64,000 bases of DNA from Octopus sinensis (Eukaryota): the NCBI RefSeq assembly GCF_006345805.1, contig NC_043016.1, forward strand, positions 28,768,001-28,832,000. The letters run 5' to 3'. The translations under genes and the position numbers were made by a program. Positions 14,170 through 26,940 of the stretch are shown piece by piece (within the stretch, counting starts at the first letter, position 1; the number at the start of each line of letters is the position of its first letter). The notes under the pieces were generated by a model. It did no database searches. It was not told the DNA's origin and worked only from the letters and a program-made list of their open reading frames with translations.

Positions 14170-14580
14170 TCAAAATAGATGAACATCAATGGAATTTGTA
14201 TCTTTGTGGTGCCGGTGGCACATAAGAAAACCATCCGAACGTGGCCGTAGCCAGTACCGCATCGACTGGCCTCCGTGCTGTGGGCACGTAACAAACACCA
14301 TCCGATCGTGGCCGTTCGCCAGCCTCATCTGGCACCTGTGTCGGTGGCACATAAAAACACCATCCGAGCGTGGCCGTTCGCCAGCCTCGTCTGGCACCTG
14401 TGTCGGTGGCACATAAAATCACCCGCTACACTCTCGGAGTGGTTGGCGTTAGGAAGGGCATCCAGCTGTAGAAACACTGCCAGATCTGACTGGCCTGGTG
14501 CAGCTTTCGGGCTCCCTAGACCCCAGTTGAACCGTCCAACCCATGCTAGCATGGAAAGCGGACGTTAAATGATGATGATA
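14170..14580 (+). mobile_element. RTE 3' UTR with internal 62-67-bp tandem units and (GAT)n tail
   Basis: ccatccga recurs at 14231, 14298 and 14360. The tail abuts (TA)n. Confidence 0.85.
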
Positions 14581-14585
14581 TATAT

Positions 14586-15140
14586 TCATATATATATGGT
14601 GGTTGTCTGCAAAGTCTGACCACTCTTGTACCTTTTTAAACAAGACAATGCATTGAAAAGACACCCACATAGATTGCATATCTTATTTGGACCAAGATAT
14701 GCGGTTAAGTTCTGATCTTTGTGTATCTTAAAATGTCTTTTGAAGCCTCTATTAAAATTGCAAACCTCATGACATACACAGCATTGAAAGGTGTGCACGG
14801 ATAAATAGGCAGAATAGTTGGTGGAGATACGTTTTTCATGGGTCCTTAAATGAGATTTGAGTCCCACAAAAGAAAGACATTGTCTATCACAAACTACACA
14901 CAAAAAGGTCACTGAAATTCACCTTCTCAACTGCAACATTCTTCTTTAATTTTCTCTTGAGTCTTGCATGCATTACCTTGGCTTCCTCAAACACTTTTTA
15001 AAAATTTTTGCTATCCAGTTCGATCCAAAGCAAGGGTTTCTATGGCCTTTGGATCCATTCCAAGTGACTTCATGTTAGTCCTTATGCCATCCTTAAACCT
15101 CTATTTAGATTTATACTGACTGGTTGAAGTGGGGTGGGTT
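14586..15140 (-). mobile_element. RTE-clade LINE C-terminal fragment with C2H2 zinc fingers
   Basis: RFKDGIRTNMKSLGMDPKAIETLALDRTG(W>*), then CVVC..HLRTH, CCVC..HFKIH and a degenerate CNLC finger. Confidence 0.7.
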
Positions 15141-16020
15141 AAAAATTTAAATTACCATTTATTTCTTTTTTGCTTATATCCCAGTAATGGATCATGCACG
15201 TGTTATTCCAGCATCATCATTCCATAAAATGTGTTTATGTGCAGAAAAATATTGAAAGAATATCGATACTTGTGAGAATGATAAAGAAGCAAGGAGGATG
15301 GTCTTGGGATGTATTGAAACAACTGCCAAATCTCCCTTGAATTACATGTCTTATACTCGGAAATTTTTTTTACTGAAAAGGCTTCTCACATGGTTTTTCT
15401 TCAAGTGCATAGTGTCAAAATCGGTCCAGAGTGAGATGGTGAAGTGAAAGTTTTCAAAACAATTTTTTCATAAAAAGATACCTGCCGACATCATTTTGAA
15501 GACTGTGGTGAAAAAAAAGAATCGGAAAAATCCAACCTACATGGGCATGTTGATCTCAAACTCCATTTGGCAACGTGATTATGAAGTTTGTTTCCCAAGC
15601 AACATCTCAGATTCAGTTCCACTGTGTGGCAGCTTGGTCAAAAGTTTTCAACTATGGCCCCAGGCAACCAAAGCTTTGTCAGTGGATTTTGAAAGAAATC
15701 TGTTGTATATATGTATGTGTTAATGCCTTTGTCCTGACAGCATGTGTTTGTAAACATACATTGCTATCAAACAAGTTATGTTTTTCATTTCCTGTGAATT
15801 TTTATTTATTGATTGGCCAAAAAGCTGTAGTGGTGGTTGTATGTAGTAGTGAAGGCTCATGGCCCGGTGGTTAGGGTGTTGCACTTGTCATTGTGAGATC
15901 ATAGTTTTGATTCCCCAATTGGTTATGCATTGTATTCTTGAACAAAACACTTCATTTTACATTGTTGTCACCTTGTGATGTATTGGTATACAAGGGTGAG
16001 ATAGTATCTCAGGAAAATCA

Positions 16021-16241
16021 TCAGCAAGTTGGCAGAAACATTAGCACGCTGGGCGAAATGCCTAGTGGTATTTCGTCTGCCATTACGTTCTGAGTTCAAA
16101 TTCTGCCGAGGTCAACTTTGCCTTTCATCCTTTCGGGGTCGATAAATTAAGTACCAGTTACGCACTGGGGTCGATATGATCGACTTAATCCATTTGTTTG
16201 TCCTCTCTGTGTTTAGCCCCCTTGTGGGCAATAAAGAAATA
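16021..16241 (+). mobile_element. SINE family C with 18-bp target-site duplication
   Basis: agtatctcaggaaaatca at 16003-16020 and 16242-16259. Conserved ctttcatcctttcggggtcgataaa core. Confidence 0.9.
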
Positions 16242-16730
16242 AGTATCTCAGGAAAATCACCCAAATGTAGGTCTTGCAATCCATGTTTTGCATTCAGCAA
16301 CCAACAGGATGAATAGTACAGCCTGTACTATGAATCTCAGTTGGTTGGGACTTGTTGTTCAACCCTGTTGGAGTATAATGTTGATGATAAATAGACATGT
16401 AATACTCTGGATAGCCTTTTAGTACATCCCATGCAAAGGGCTGTTAGGCCTTCAGTCTGAAGCAAGATTGGAAAATTGAAGGACCTATATAAAAAAAACA
16501 TAACATCTATAAATCTTTATTTTTATCTTTTATCATTAGATTGGGGCCATGCTGGGACAAAACCTTGGAGAATTGTAGTCAAATGAATCGACCCAAGTAC
16601 TTATTTTTATAAGCTTGGTACTTTATTAGTGTCTCTTACCTAACTGCTAAGTTACAGGGATTGCACACACCAACATTAGTTGTTGAGCAGTGGTAGGAGG
16701 CAAAAGCACTCATATAAGTATATAATGGGA

Positions 16731-16924
16731 TTACTCTTTACTTGTTTCAGTCATTTGACTGCAGCCATGCTGGAGCACTGCCTTTAGTTGAGCAAATCGA
16801 CCCCAGGACTTATTCTCTAGAAGCCTAGTACTTATTCTATTGGTATTTTTGCCGAACTGCTACATTACGGGAACGTAAACACACCAGCATCGGTTGTCAA
16901 GCGATGTTGGGGGCACAAACACAG

Positions 16925-16955
<31 letters not shown>

Positions 16956-17128
16956 CATATATACAACAGGCTTTTTTTCAGTTTCCATCTACCAAATCCA
17001 CTCACAAGGCTTTGGTCGGCCTGAGGCTATAGTAAAAGACACTTGCCCAAGGTTCCACACAGTGGGAATGAACCCAGAACCATGTGGTTGGTAAGCAAGC
17101 TACTTACCACACAGCCACTCCTATGCCT
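16731..17128 (-). mobile_element. SINE family A
   Basis: Reverse complement of the 2405-2792 type. Confidence 0.85.
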
Positions 17129-19229
17129 ATTTCAGTTTTTGTCAAGAAATTTTAATGGAATTCAGATTACTTTAACCCTTTTGTTACTATATTTCTGTTG
17201 AAATATACTGTGTTTGCTTCAATTAATTTTTAAAATAATGAAGAATTTAGTAAATAAATTTGCCATTATTAACCCTTTAGCATTTAAACCAGCTAAATAT
17301 GGCCAAAATATTCTACCAGTTTTATGTTCAAGCCAGCTAGATTGGGTCTTTCACACCTACCTTACAATGTCATTCTAAAAACATACAATCATATTATCGC
17401 TGTTGAAGATACAAGATGATGCCTGACTAATTCAGAACAATGTCAATAAATAAGAATTATATCACAATTTAATCAGAATACTATCAGATTTTAAGCAAGT
17501 GTTTGGAATATAAATATAACGTGAAATTTTGATGGAAGGTTGAAGCTTGTATCATAGAACCAGAGGTGGTCTCAGGTGTGTGAGTATGAAAAAGGTTAGA
17601 TATAATTTTCTAACCGATATCCAGCTTGTATGTTTTCTTTACTTCTACTTCCGTTGTTTTGTTCAGTTTGCATTTTGCTGGTTGAGAGAACAAAAGGTTT
17701 TATTTTATGGGATGGACTGAATTTGAACCAAAGGCTAGTGGTCCAAAGAAGCACAGAAACACTCCTGAGGTTAGGCTGACTCCAAATACACTCAACCAGA
17801 TGCTGAGTCTTAAAAACTTGAAATCCATATAGTCACAAAAACAGAAATTCAGATTTATTATAAATTTCAAATCCTTGAGAGCAGCAACATTTTACATATT
17901 TGCTCTGGTTACAGTCTATGTAAATAATCACTTAGTAGTATGTGTGTTATGTTTCAGATTAGCAATTTTTTTTTTGCCAAATAAACACACGTACCGTATA
18001 TTCTTCGTTTATTATTCATTCAGTCGTTTATTAATGTTCTTATTTTATCTTATCTCCATTGTCTGGAAATATTTTGTCATGCCTCTGTGACCTCTTCAAA
18101 AACTCTTCCATACACGTATATTCTCCTGTTCTGTCTTTCTATGATGTGTATCCTTATCTGCACATGCATTTGTGTCTTATCTGTATGTGTGTATGCTTTG
18201 TCTATCTGTTTTGTATGTGTATATGAGTCTACTTACTATAGTGTTTGTATCAGTGCTCTTTATATAGTTGTTACTGTTATTGCCATTGTTCTTGGTGCGT
18301 TGACCCACCCCTCACCTACTCTTCTGTTGATGCTGCTGTTGTTCTTGACCCTTATTTTGATGTTGTTCTTGTATCTTTCTGTGTTTGTGTGTTCCTTCAC
18401 ACTGTTGCCATCATGGTTGTTATTGTTATTGTCGGTCATGTTGTTGCAACCATTTGTGCAGTTTCTGTATGCGTGTATATGGGTTTACTTACTATGTTGT
18501 TTGTATCCATGCCCTTTACATAGTTTTTTTTGTTTACTTATCTGTATTTCTTATATTTCATCATAAGTATGTACATGTTTGTCTGTTGTGTGTGTATTAT
18601 ATTGTTTGTATCTGAGTCTTTTTTCTTTTCTCTTCTGTCTTGTCATGTTGTATGGTGGATGTTATTGTTCTATTTGTGTTTGCTGTCGAGGCTTGGCCTG
18701 TCTATTACTATGTATTGCCTTCGTGATCTGTCTAAGTATTATGTCTGTTCTATGCGTTGATAATACCTTAACCTCTATGTTATTAACCAAGCCTCTGTAT
18801 TCTACTTGAGCATGTTGGTAGAGCACTGATGAGTTTTTCTCCTCTTTGAGCTCCTGTCAGTATTCACCTATTTGCTCACCTATGTTACGTACTGTCTCCC
18901 CAATATAAGTTGTTATCCTTTTTCTGCACTGTCCCTCAGTACACTGTAAGCTATAGACTACATTAAACTACATTTCTAATGAAATTAAGTTATATCAGTT
19001 ATTTTGGTTGTTTAAGACATTTCCTTTGATTTTTGACTACACTGGCATAGCATGGAACCTGTTTCTCTTGGATTACATTAGATCTATTATTTTATCATAT
19101 ATTCAGCTATATATGTGTACTACTGCCCACTTTTTTATTGAGGCTTATATGTCCCAATATTAGACTATTTTCTTTAGCCAATACATGGCAGTCGCTTATA
19201 AGCTTTATGCTTATTGCCCATGTCCAACG

Positions 19230-21005
19230 GAATTCCCGCTTGAACAACCAAATTGCAACGTTGGTAGACTCAACAGGCATATCGATTGAGGACCCTTATC
19301 AACAGAGTCAATTATTTGCCGAGGCTTTTTCAACTATTTTCAAACAAGATGATGGTCGTGAACCCCCTCCATTTGATAGATCGGTACCTCCAATGCTTCG
19401 ATTGGTCATCATGCGGGACGAAGTCGAACGCATTATTCAAGGCCTCAATGTCAGCAAGGGTCACGGCCCTGACGGCATACACCCACGGGTTATCAAAGCG
19501 TTGGCTCCGGTCATCTGCAAGCCCTTAACATGTCTATTCAATATGTCATTGGCGACAGGTGTCATACCTGCGGACTGGAGAACAGCGATAATCTGCCCAA
19601 TTTTCAAGAAAGGGAGCCGCGAAAACCCGCTTAACTACCGACCGGTTTCCCTTACATCTATAATCGGCAAGATGTTCGAAACCATCCTTAAGACAAGTAT
19701 GATGCTCCACCTCCAAAACACAGCCTCTATCTCTGATTCCCAACATGGCACGTGCCGAAGAGATCATGCTTGACCAACTTACTGATAATGGAAGAATTGG
19801 TGACGTGCATCCTCGGTGATAGTGATGCTGTTGACATCGTTTTATTGGACTTTGCCAAAGCTTTTGACTCGGTAAACCACCGCCTATTACTTGTCAAGCT
19901 TCAAGCATATAGTTTCCATCCGGATATTGTACGATGGGTTGGTGCCTTCCTCTCAGATCGCTCCTTCCAAGTCCAAGTTAATGGTTCGCAGTCCGACGTC
20001 TCCAGTGCAAGCAGTGGCGTGCCTCAAGGTTCAATGCTTGGGCCCTTATTGTTCTTAGTCTTCATAAATGACTTGCCCGACGACCTCACACAACACACCC
20101 TTCTATTTGCCGGCGATGTCAAACTGGTCGCTCCTCGCAGTGATATAGAGGATCTTCGTCGATGCCTCCACCAAATTTGGAGATGGTCTAACGAATGGGA
20201 CCTGTGTCTGAATGTGTCAAAGTGCTGTCATCTGCCTGTTGGCTCTCCTCCTGCAACTCAACTTGATTTCGAGCCGGGTCGTCTGCTGCTGGAGAGGACT
20301 GATCAGGTAAAGGACCTGGGTATCTTGGTGGATTCCTCCTTTTCGCCTTTGGCCCAGTGCATCCATGCTGCCAACAAAGCACGTGGAATTCTGTTCTTGA
20401 TTCGACGGTCATTCGGAATGCTCACAGCAGCCATATTCCTACCGCTCTATGTCACGCTGGTGAGACCCATATTGGAGTACGGAATTCAAGCCTCTTCTCC
20501 TTATCTCCTCAAAGACATACAGCATCTCGAAAGAGTCCAGAAGCTGGCTACCCGCATGGTTCTTGGTCTCAAGAATTTGTCTTATGAAGAAAGGCTGAAG
20601 AAGCTCGACCTTTATTCTCTAGAAAAACAATGATGCCGTGGCGATCTCATTCTTGCTCACAACATCATAAGCAGAAAGTATAACCTCTCGAAAGAGCTGT
20701 TCTTCATTCCTGCTCCAGAGCGTCGGCTGCGGAGTCATTCCGAAAAGCTCTATCTGTGACGATTTCATCTCAATCGAAGGAGAAGGGCTTTCTCCGTCCG
20801 GGTTGTGGATCCATGGAATAAGCTGCCAGACGAGATGGTGAAGATGCCGACGACTGCTCGGTTCAAAGTCTCCCTTGACCTCAAGTGGCCTGAACTCTTT
20901 ACATGAACACCATCCTGTACATAACTCCATGTCCCCCTACATGGCCTTGCTTTTTGCTTTTTGAGCCAAAAAATAAATTAGCTAACTAACTAATTACTAT
21001 TTACT
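19230..21005 (+). mobile_element. 5'-truncated CR1-clade LINE, reverse transcriptase to 3' end
   Basis: KGHGPDGI, NYRPVSLTS, DFAKAFDSV, SGVPQGSMLGP, FAGD (from FADD), RGDLI, WNKLP. One frameshift at ~19750, TGA stops at CGA-type positions, (ACTA)-like tail. Confidence 0.9.
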
Positions 21006-21057
21006 GAACTCTTTCATCTCTGCTTCTTCATTTAACATAGAATATATATATATATGA

Positions 21058-21185
21058 CATCATCATCATCATCATTTAACATCTTCCCATGCATAGCTTG
21101 GATGGTTTGACAGGAGCCAGCATGCTCTACACCAAGCTCTGTCTGCTTCGGCATGGTTCTATGGCTGAATGCCCTTCCTAACTTT
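21058..21185 (-). mobile_element. Degenerate RTE 3' end
   Basis: (CAT)n followed by tttaacatc..ccatgc..gatgcccttcctaac. Confidence 0.65.
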
Positions 21186-21196
21186 GTACATTCCTT

Positions 21197-21236
<40 letters not shown>

Positions 21237-21697
21237 TACTCATACGTACACACACACATCCTAAGCTGTAAGGCATTCTGCATGTATAACCTTTCCCGTA
21301 GGATTACTCTGGAAAATTGGAAAATAGAAATAATAGGTGGTAGCTGACAAGAGGAAACACAGGAGCTTTTAAGAGTGCATTCTGAGGTATTTGCTCCAAA
21401 CAAATTAAAATAATGTGTATGTATGTATGTCATTTTTCAGTTTTATTTCAAGATTTCTTGTCAGAAAGAGCCAGTTTCTAACCTAGATTCAAGGCTCCTT
21501 CATTGGAATTTCAGCATCAACAACAGAGTATGTGGTTGGGAAGCAAGCTTCTTACCACACCGCCACACTTATTAGGCTTCTCAAAACCAGAAAGGTTTAT
21601 TTGTTATTTATTTCATAACTGTTTGATTCAGTTCCATACAACTTAAATTTCCATGAGCTCAAAAAAATAACCCTAGCTTTCCAGGCTTAGATAACTA

Positions 21698-21728
<31 letters not shown>

Positions 21729-22347
21729 TGTATGTATGTGTGTGTGTGTGTGGTGTGTGTGTGTGTGTGTGCATGCAGATTTGTATGTTTTGTTTTATAT
21801 ATATATTCTCATGCATATAGTTGCATATCTAGGCATTCTCAAATGATAAACTTCTGGAAAGTTTTACAGTTCCAGTTGTCTTTGAATCAGCTTTCTCCTT
21901 TCTGGTTTTGAGAAGCCTAATTTCTCAAGATTGGTATTTAAGCAGTATGCCCCAATAAGCACAGGTATAAATCTGAACATGTAATCCAGAGTAACTGCAG
22001 TTTTCTCTATAGTTCAGCATAGGTGTTCTCTTTTTCACTGATCTTCAGCTTTTTATTAACATTTGCTGGGCAGCTGATTTCCACAATTGTACACAGTTTC
22101 TCTTCTCTATCCCAAATCATTATATCAGGTCTATTGTGTTCACATTTTAGTGAGGTTTTCACTGGGACATTCCACTAATACACCTTTTTATTATGAGTAG
22201 CTATGGCTTCAACCATACTGTCGGTTCTTATTTCTTTTTTTCTCATTTCTTATTCCTTTTTCGACGGATTTCATTATACAGTGTCCTAGTTACAACATCA
22301 TGTCTCATCGATGTATGTATGTATGTATGTATGTATGTATGTATGTA

Positions 22348-22862
22348 CGGTAACTCTTCGAGTATAGTCCGCCCTTGAGTATAATACACAGGAGATTTTT
22401 AGGGAGCTGTACTTCTGAAAAACCTAAACCTTGTGTATAATATGCACCCCTTCTCTAACTCGAGTCAAGGAGGTCTATATAACGTCCTTGGTTTGTAAAA
22501 ATGTATACAGTAACGTCCTTTATTATTATTGTATATATAACATAATGCAAACGTGTAGCTTTTTTGTGCATTTTGTTTGCAGAAAATAAAAGAAATAACA
22601 GTAATAACGTTTAGTAAATGTTACTTACTGCAAGTTATGGATGATTCTTTTATGACTTCATTGCTTTCAGGCTTAGCTTAAGGTATTTTTGTGCCCTACA
22701 TCACAAAATGGATCTGAATTAACATTGCCGGACAGCAAATAGAGACTCGGACATTGCTTAGAAAATATTTTTCATTTTTAACCTCGTATATATAATACGC
22801 ACTAGGGATTTTGACCTTTAAATTTTGGGAAAAAAATGTGGATTATACTCAAGGATTTACAG
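22348..22862. mobile_element. Tc1/mariner-pogo-type MITE inserted into (TATG)n
   Basis: Imperfect TIRs cggtaactcttcgagtatagtccgc / gtggattatactcaaggatttacag, with TA on both sides and (TATG)n on both flanks. Confidence 0.75.
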
Positions 22863-23697
22863 TATGTATGTATGTATGTATGTATGTATGTATGTATGTA
22901 TGTATGTATGTATGTATGTATGTATGTTTGTATGTATGTATGTATGTATGTAAGTAAGTAAGTAAGTAAGGAATCTGCAACTTCATTGCAGGTTCCTGTT
23001 TTTATGCTGACAGTAACTCTAAGAAATGATGCATAGTTAAGGAAACTATTTAGTCCTTGAGCCAATACCCTGAGACTGTGCTGTACAGAATGACATTCAC
23101 CACAAACAACTAACTGGGTAACCTGATCAATGAAAAACAGATGTGAATTAATGATAAACAATCTCTTGTGTTGTATTATTAAAACACAAAAATAACACTT
23201 TATTTTAATGTCATCTTAAGATATGCAATTTATACATGGAACAGCTCTTGTTTCCTTATTTGTTTCTTGACATTTTTTTTTCTTTCAAGGTCATTGAGTG
23301 TGATTTATTATCTTTCTTCTTTATATATGAATCTTGCATTTGTTTATTTAAACAGGAAAACTTAATTATTTTGTTAATGGAAAATAATAATAGAATGATG
23401 AAGGCTGTTCTATTTAATTATAAAACGCAATATGAGAGTCATATTATATTACTGAAGTTAATTCAAAATACAATGATCAGTGTTGTCTAATTGACAAACA
23501 TTTCCTTCAATACCATTATTTCTGTTTCGCAAAACTAAAAGATGGTAATATTCACCATTAAAAGAAATACTATTTCTCAATTCCAGAAACAAAATCAGCC
23601 ATATTTTATGGTATAAAACTATTTATGAATAAGTTCTGTGTGTGTGTGTGTGTGTGTGTTTGTGTGCATATGTGTGCATGTGTTTGTGTGTGTGTAT

Positions 23698-23731
<34 letters not shown>

Positions 23732-24719
23732 TATCTATACAGGGATCACTTGCCATATCGCAATTCACCTATTGTGCTCTCAGTACATCACAGATTTTTC
23801 TGGCTAATATATGTAAATTTATATCATGGTCACCTCAGTATATAGCGAGTTTCTGCAGCCAATAGGCATTTATATTTTGTTTAGATTTTAATTATTTCTG
23901 TGGTAAAATAAGCATTTTCATGCCTAAAAATAGAAATATAGTACAGTGCTGCACTGTATCACATATTAATTAAAATATATTAAAAGAAAATATGCAGTGT
24001 ACCGTAAATGAGTAAAAAAAGAATCACTCATACTGAATGGAAAATTAAAGTTGGGAGGTAAGTGTGTGGTGTTGTTTTGCATTTATAATAAAATAGATAT
24101 ATACAAATAATAAAAAATCATATACAGTACAGTACTGTTTATACTTCATAGATTTCCACCTATCGTTGGGTGTTTTGGAACATAACACCCGCGATAGTCA
24201 AGGGATTACTGTAAATGGCACTTTCTGTCTGTTTGTCTGTCACCATCTTACTGCCTAAACCAGCAAACCAATCTTCATGAAACTTTGTGTACATGTTAAA
24301 CGAACATCCATTTCCATAATAGGTAAATTGGATTTAAATAAAAATCTATAATGTGCCCCCTAGCGGGTGTGAGAATTATATGATAAAATGAGAAGGGTGC
24401 AAAGAGTATTAGTCTGAGGAAAATGTAGTTGCAGAAGTGAATGTGACTGATATCAGGGAAGGGGAGAACAGCATTGTGTAAGAGATAAATATGGAGTAGC
24501 AATGACATGTTAACATTAATACTGCTGTCATATACACACAATGCTTCTTACATACTTTTGTAAATACATAGATACATGCACACACACACACATGCTCAGA
24601 AGTAACATTAAAATGCTGAGAAAGGGAGAGAAAGGTGGGTGTACGGAATACGTAGCTTTAAGAGAGTTGATAGGTGGCTTTTCTACTGTCCACCACAAAA
24701 ATACTCACACACATACACA

Positions 24720-25127
24720 TACTCTCTCTCTCTTTACCCTTTTACTTGTTTCAGTCATTTGACTGTGGCCATACTGGAGCACTGCCTTTAGTCGAACAAA
24801 TCAACCACAGGACTTAGTCTTTGTAAGCCCAGTACTTAATCTATCAGTCTCTTTTTGCCAAACCGTTAAGTTACGGGGACATAAACACACCAGCATCGGT
24901 TGTCAAGCGATGTTGGGGGGACAAATACAGATACAAACATACACACACACACACACATACACACACATACACACATATATACAACGGGCTTCTTTCAGTT
25001 TCCATCTACCAAATTCACTAACAAGACTTTGGTCGGTCCGAGGCTATAGTAGAAGACACTTGCCCAAGGCACCATGCAGTGGGACTGAACCCGGAATCAT
25101 GTGGTTGCTAAGCAAGCTACTTACCAC
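24720..25127 (-). mobile_element. SINE family A
   Basis: Homologous to the other family A copies. Confidence 0.85.
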
Positions 25128-25549
25128 TCGTACATGCATACATACATACATTGACTATACACCATTTTAAACTCGTGATTACCTTGTGTGCATTTGTAAA
25201 TGTGAGTGTGTGTGTTTCACATCCTATACCAGTCTTCCTCTCTGCATTTGTAGGGTCTTCCCTGTTGCTGTTATATATTGTGAGATTCTAAAATTACCTC
25301 AGATTGTTCAAATTTGGTATATTGAAATAATTTTCCATGTTAAATCCAATTTTGTTATTTATTTGTTCCAGAAAAATTGCAGAAAAATGTTACTGGAGTT
25401 TAAATTTTAATCAAAAAACAGAAAACAGGATTTGGAAGCTGGCATTTTCTGCAAGATAGCTGTCTATCACAAAATGAAAGTAAAATCATTAAGAGGAGGA
25501 ATTTTTATTAAACAACCCTTTAAGGTTACCTTCAATCCTTAATTCCATC

Positions 25550-26250
25550 TTTCCGCCATTTGGCGGTGCCACCACCACCAATACCGGTGAACACTGTTCT
25601 CACCATCTACACCGGATATGCCCTCCTCCCTCCTCCTCCCCCACCACCATTACGTGTGTCTCTCCCTCCTACCCCTCCTCCTCACATGCTTTCACTGTGT
25701 ACTACCCCTTCCCCCCACCAAGACAAGCTGCTAGCGCCGCAGCTCATCAACCGCCCCACTGATCTTACGCTACCTCCTGTTTTGAATCTGTCACTGCCTC
25801 ATTCCGACTATCTCCTTCCAGTCTCCTCCCCGCCTCGTGATATCCTACGTTTTTATTTCTTATGAACCTGCACCAACCCTTCCCTGTTATCGTTCCTCCT
25901 TACCCGAACCTTCCCCACTGGTGCTTCCCTATATTACCTGCACCCCCCCACTATCTCTCCCTCTCTTTCACTGGTGGAACCTTTCTCAGCTGGACCCCCC
26001 TCCCAACTCAACTCTAGAAAAGCTTGAACCGATCGTGACCGATGCCGGACCCCCCGGCCCCTGTGCAGGTGGCACGTAAAAAGCACCCACTCCACTTGCG
26101 GAGTGGTTGGCGTTAGGAAGGGCATCCAGCCGTAGAAACTCCAGATCAGACTGGAGCCTGGAGCGGCCCCTGGCTTCCCAAACCCCGGTCAAACCGTCCA
26201 ACCCGTGCTAGCGCGGAAAACGGACGTTAAACGATGATGATGATGATGAT
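25550..26250 (+). mobile_element. RTE 3' end (26057-26250) preceded by a pyrimidine/GC-rich segment
   Basis: Well-preserved, CpG-retaining RTE terminus with (GAT)n tail. The upstream C-rich block differs from the other copies. Confidence 0.7.
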
Positions 26251-26819
26251 GAAATGACAGCAAAGCATATTACAACAACCAAAGTTATATGAACTTGTGA
26301 AGTTTTAAGTTTTAATGAATAAAGTCATATGAAACGGTCAAATAGACATGTAGATAATCTAAAAAGGAAAAAAATCCTCAATGAAGTTTTTTTGTGAAAA
26401 ATTGCACACATCTCTCCTGATGAAGAGGGCTATCTGTCAGAGAAGGCATGGTCTGACATGAAATAAACAAAAATTTATATAAGACATTCTATTGTAAAAA
26501 TTGCCCAAGAATGATAGGCAATTCGGCTAGTGTTTTAAATAGACATGACTCCAAGAACAGAAACATTACCAAAAGGAATAACACCTTACCTATGTAATCC
26601 TAATGTCTTTTAGCTTTTTTTCTTATTTTCAGCTACTGACGAGTACTTTTTGACAACTCAGATTCTTAAAATGAATTTATTGTAAGAAACGATTGCATTG
26701 CTATATGAATAAAAAAAAAAAAAATTATCATCTATATTAACATCTAACCTCCTCCATTTATGTAAAATATGATTGAATTTACTGAACTTTGTTTAATATG
26801 TTAAATCATAAACTTGGTG

Positions 26820-26915
26820 CAGCCATCTGGTTTGCCAGCCCTCAGTCAAATCGTCCCACCCATGCTAGTATGGAAAGCGGACATTAAACGATGATGATGA
26901 TGATGATGATGATGA
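26820..26915 (+). mobile_element. Short RTE 3' end, tail-to-tail with the next element
   Basis: cccatgctagtatggaaagcggacattaaac(GAT)n. Confidence 0.75.
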
Positions 26916-26940
26916 TATATAATATATATATATATATATC

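Noticed and set aside
17875-18809. Hydrophobic, membrane-protein-like ORFs
   Set aside because: TG-rich low-complexity DNA open in several frames, with no recognisable domain or splice structure.
18822-18860. CTGATGAG motif
   Set aside because: No GAAA partner.
24215-24370. Possible Helitron-like and Tigger-like ends (also 24140-24213)
   Set aside because: Only short recalled motifs and no matching opposite end; too weak to annotate.
25560-25865. Proline-rich ORF
   Set aside because: A by-product of C-rich repeat UTR sequence.
26414-26465. CTGATGA plus hairpin plus GAAA
   Set aside because: An 11-nt unpaired gap precedes the stem and there is no helix III or cleavage triplet.
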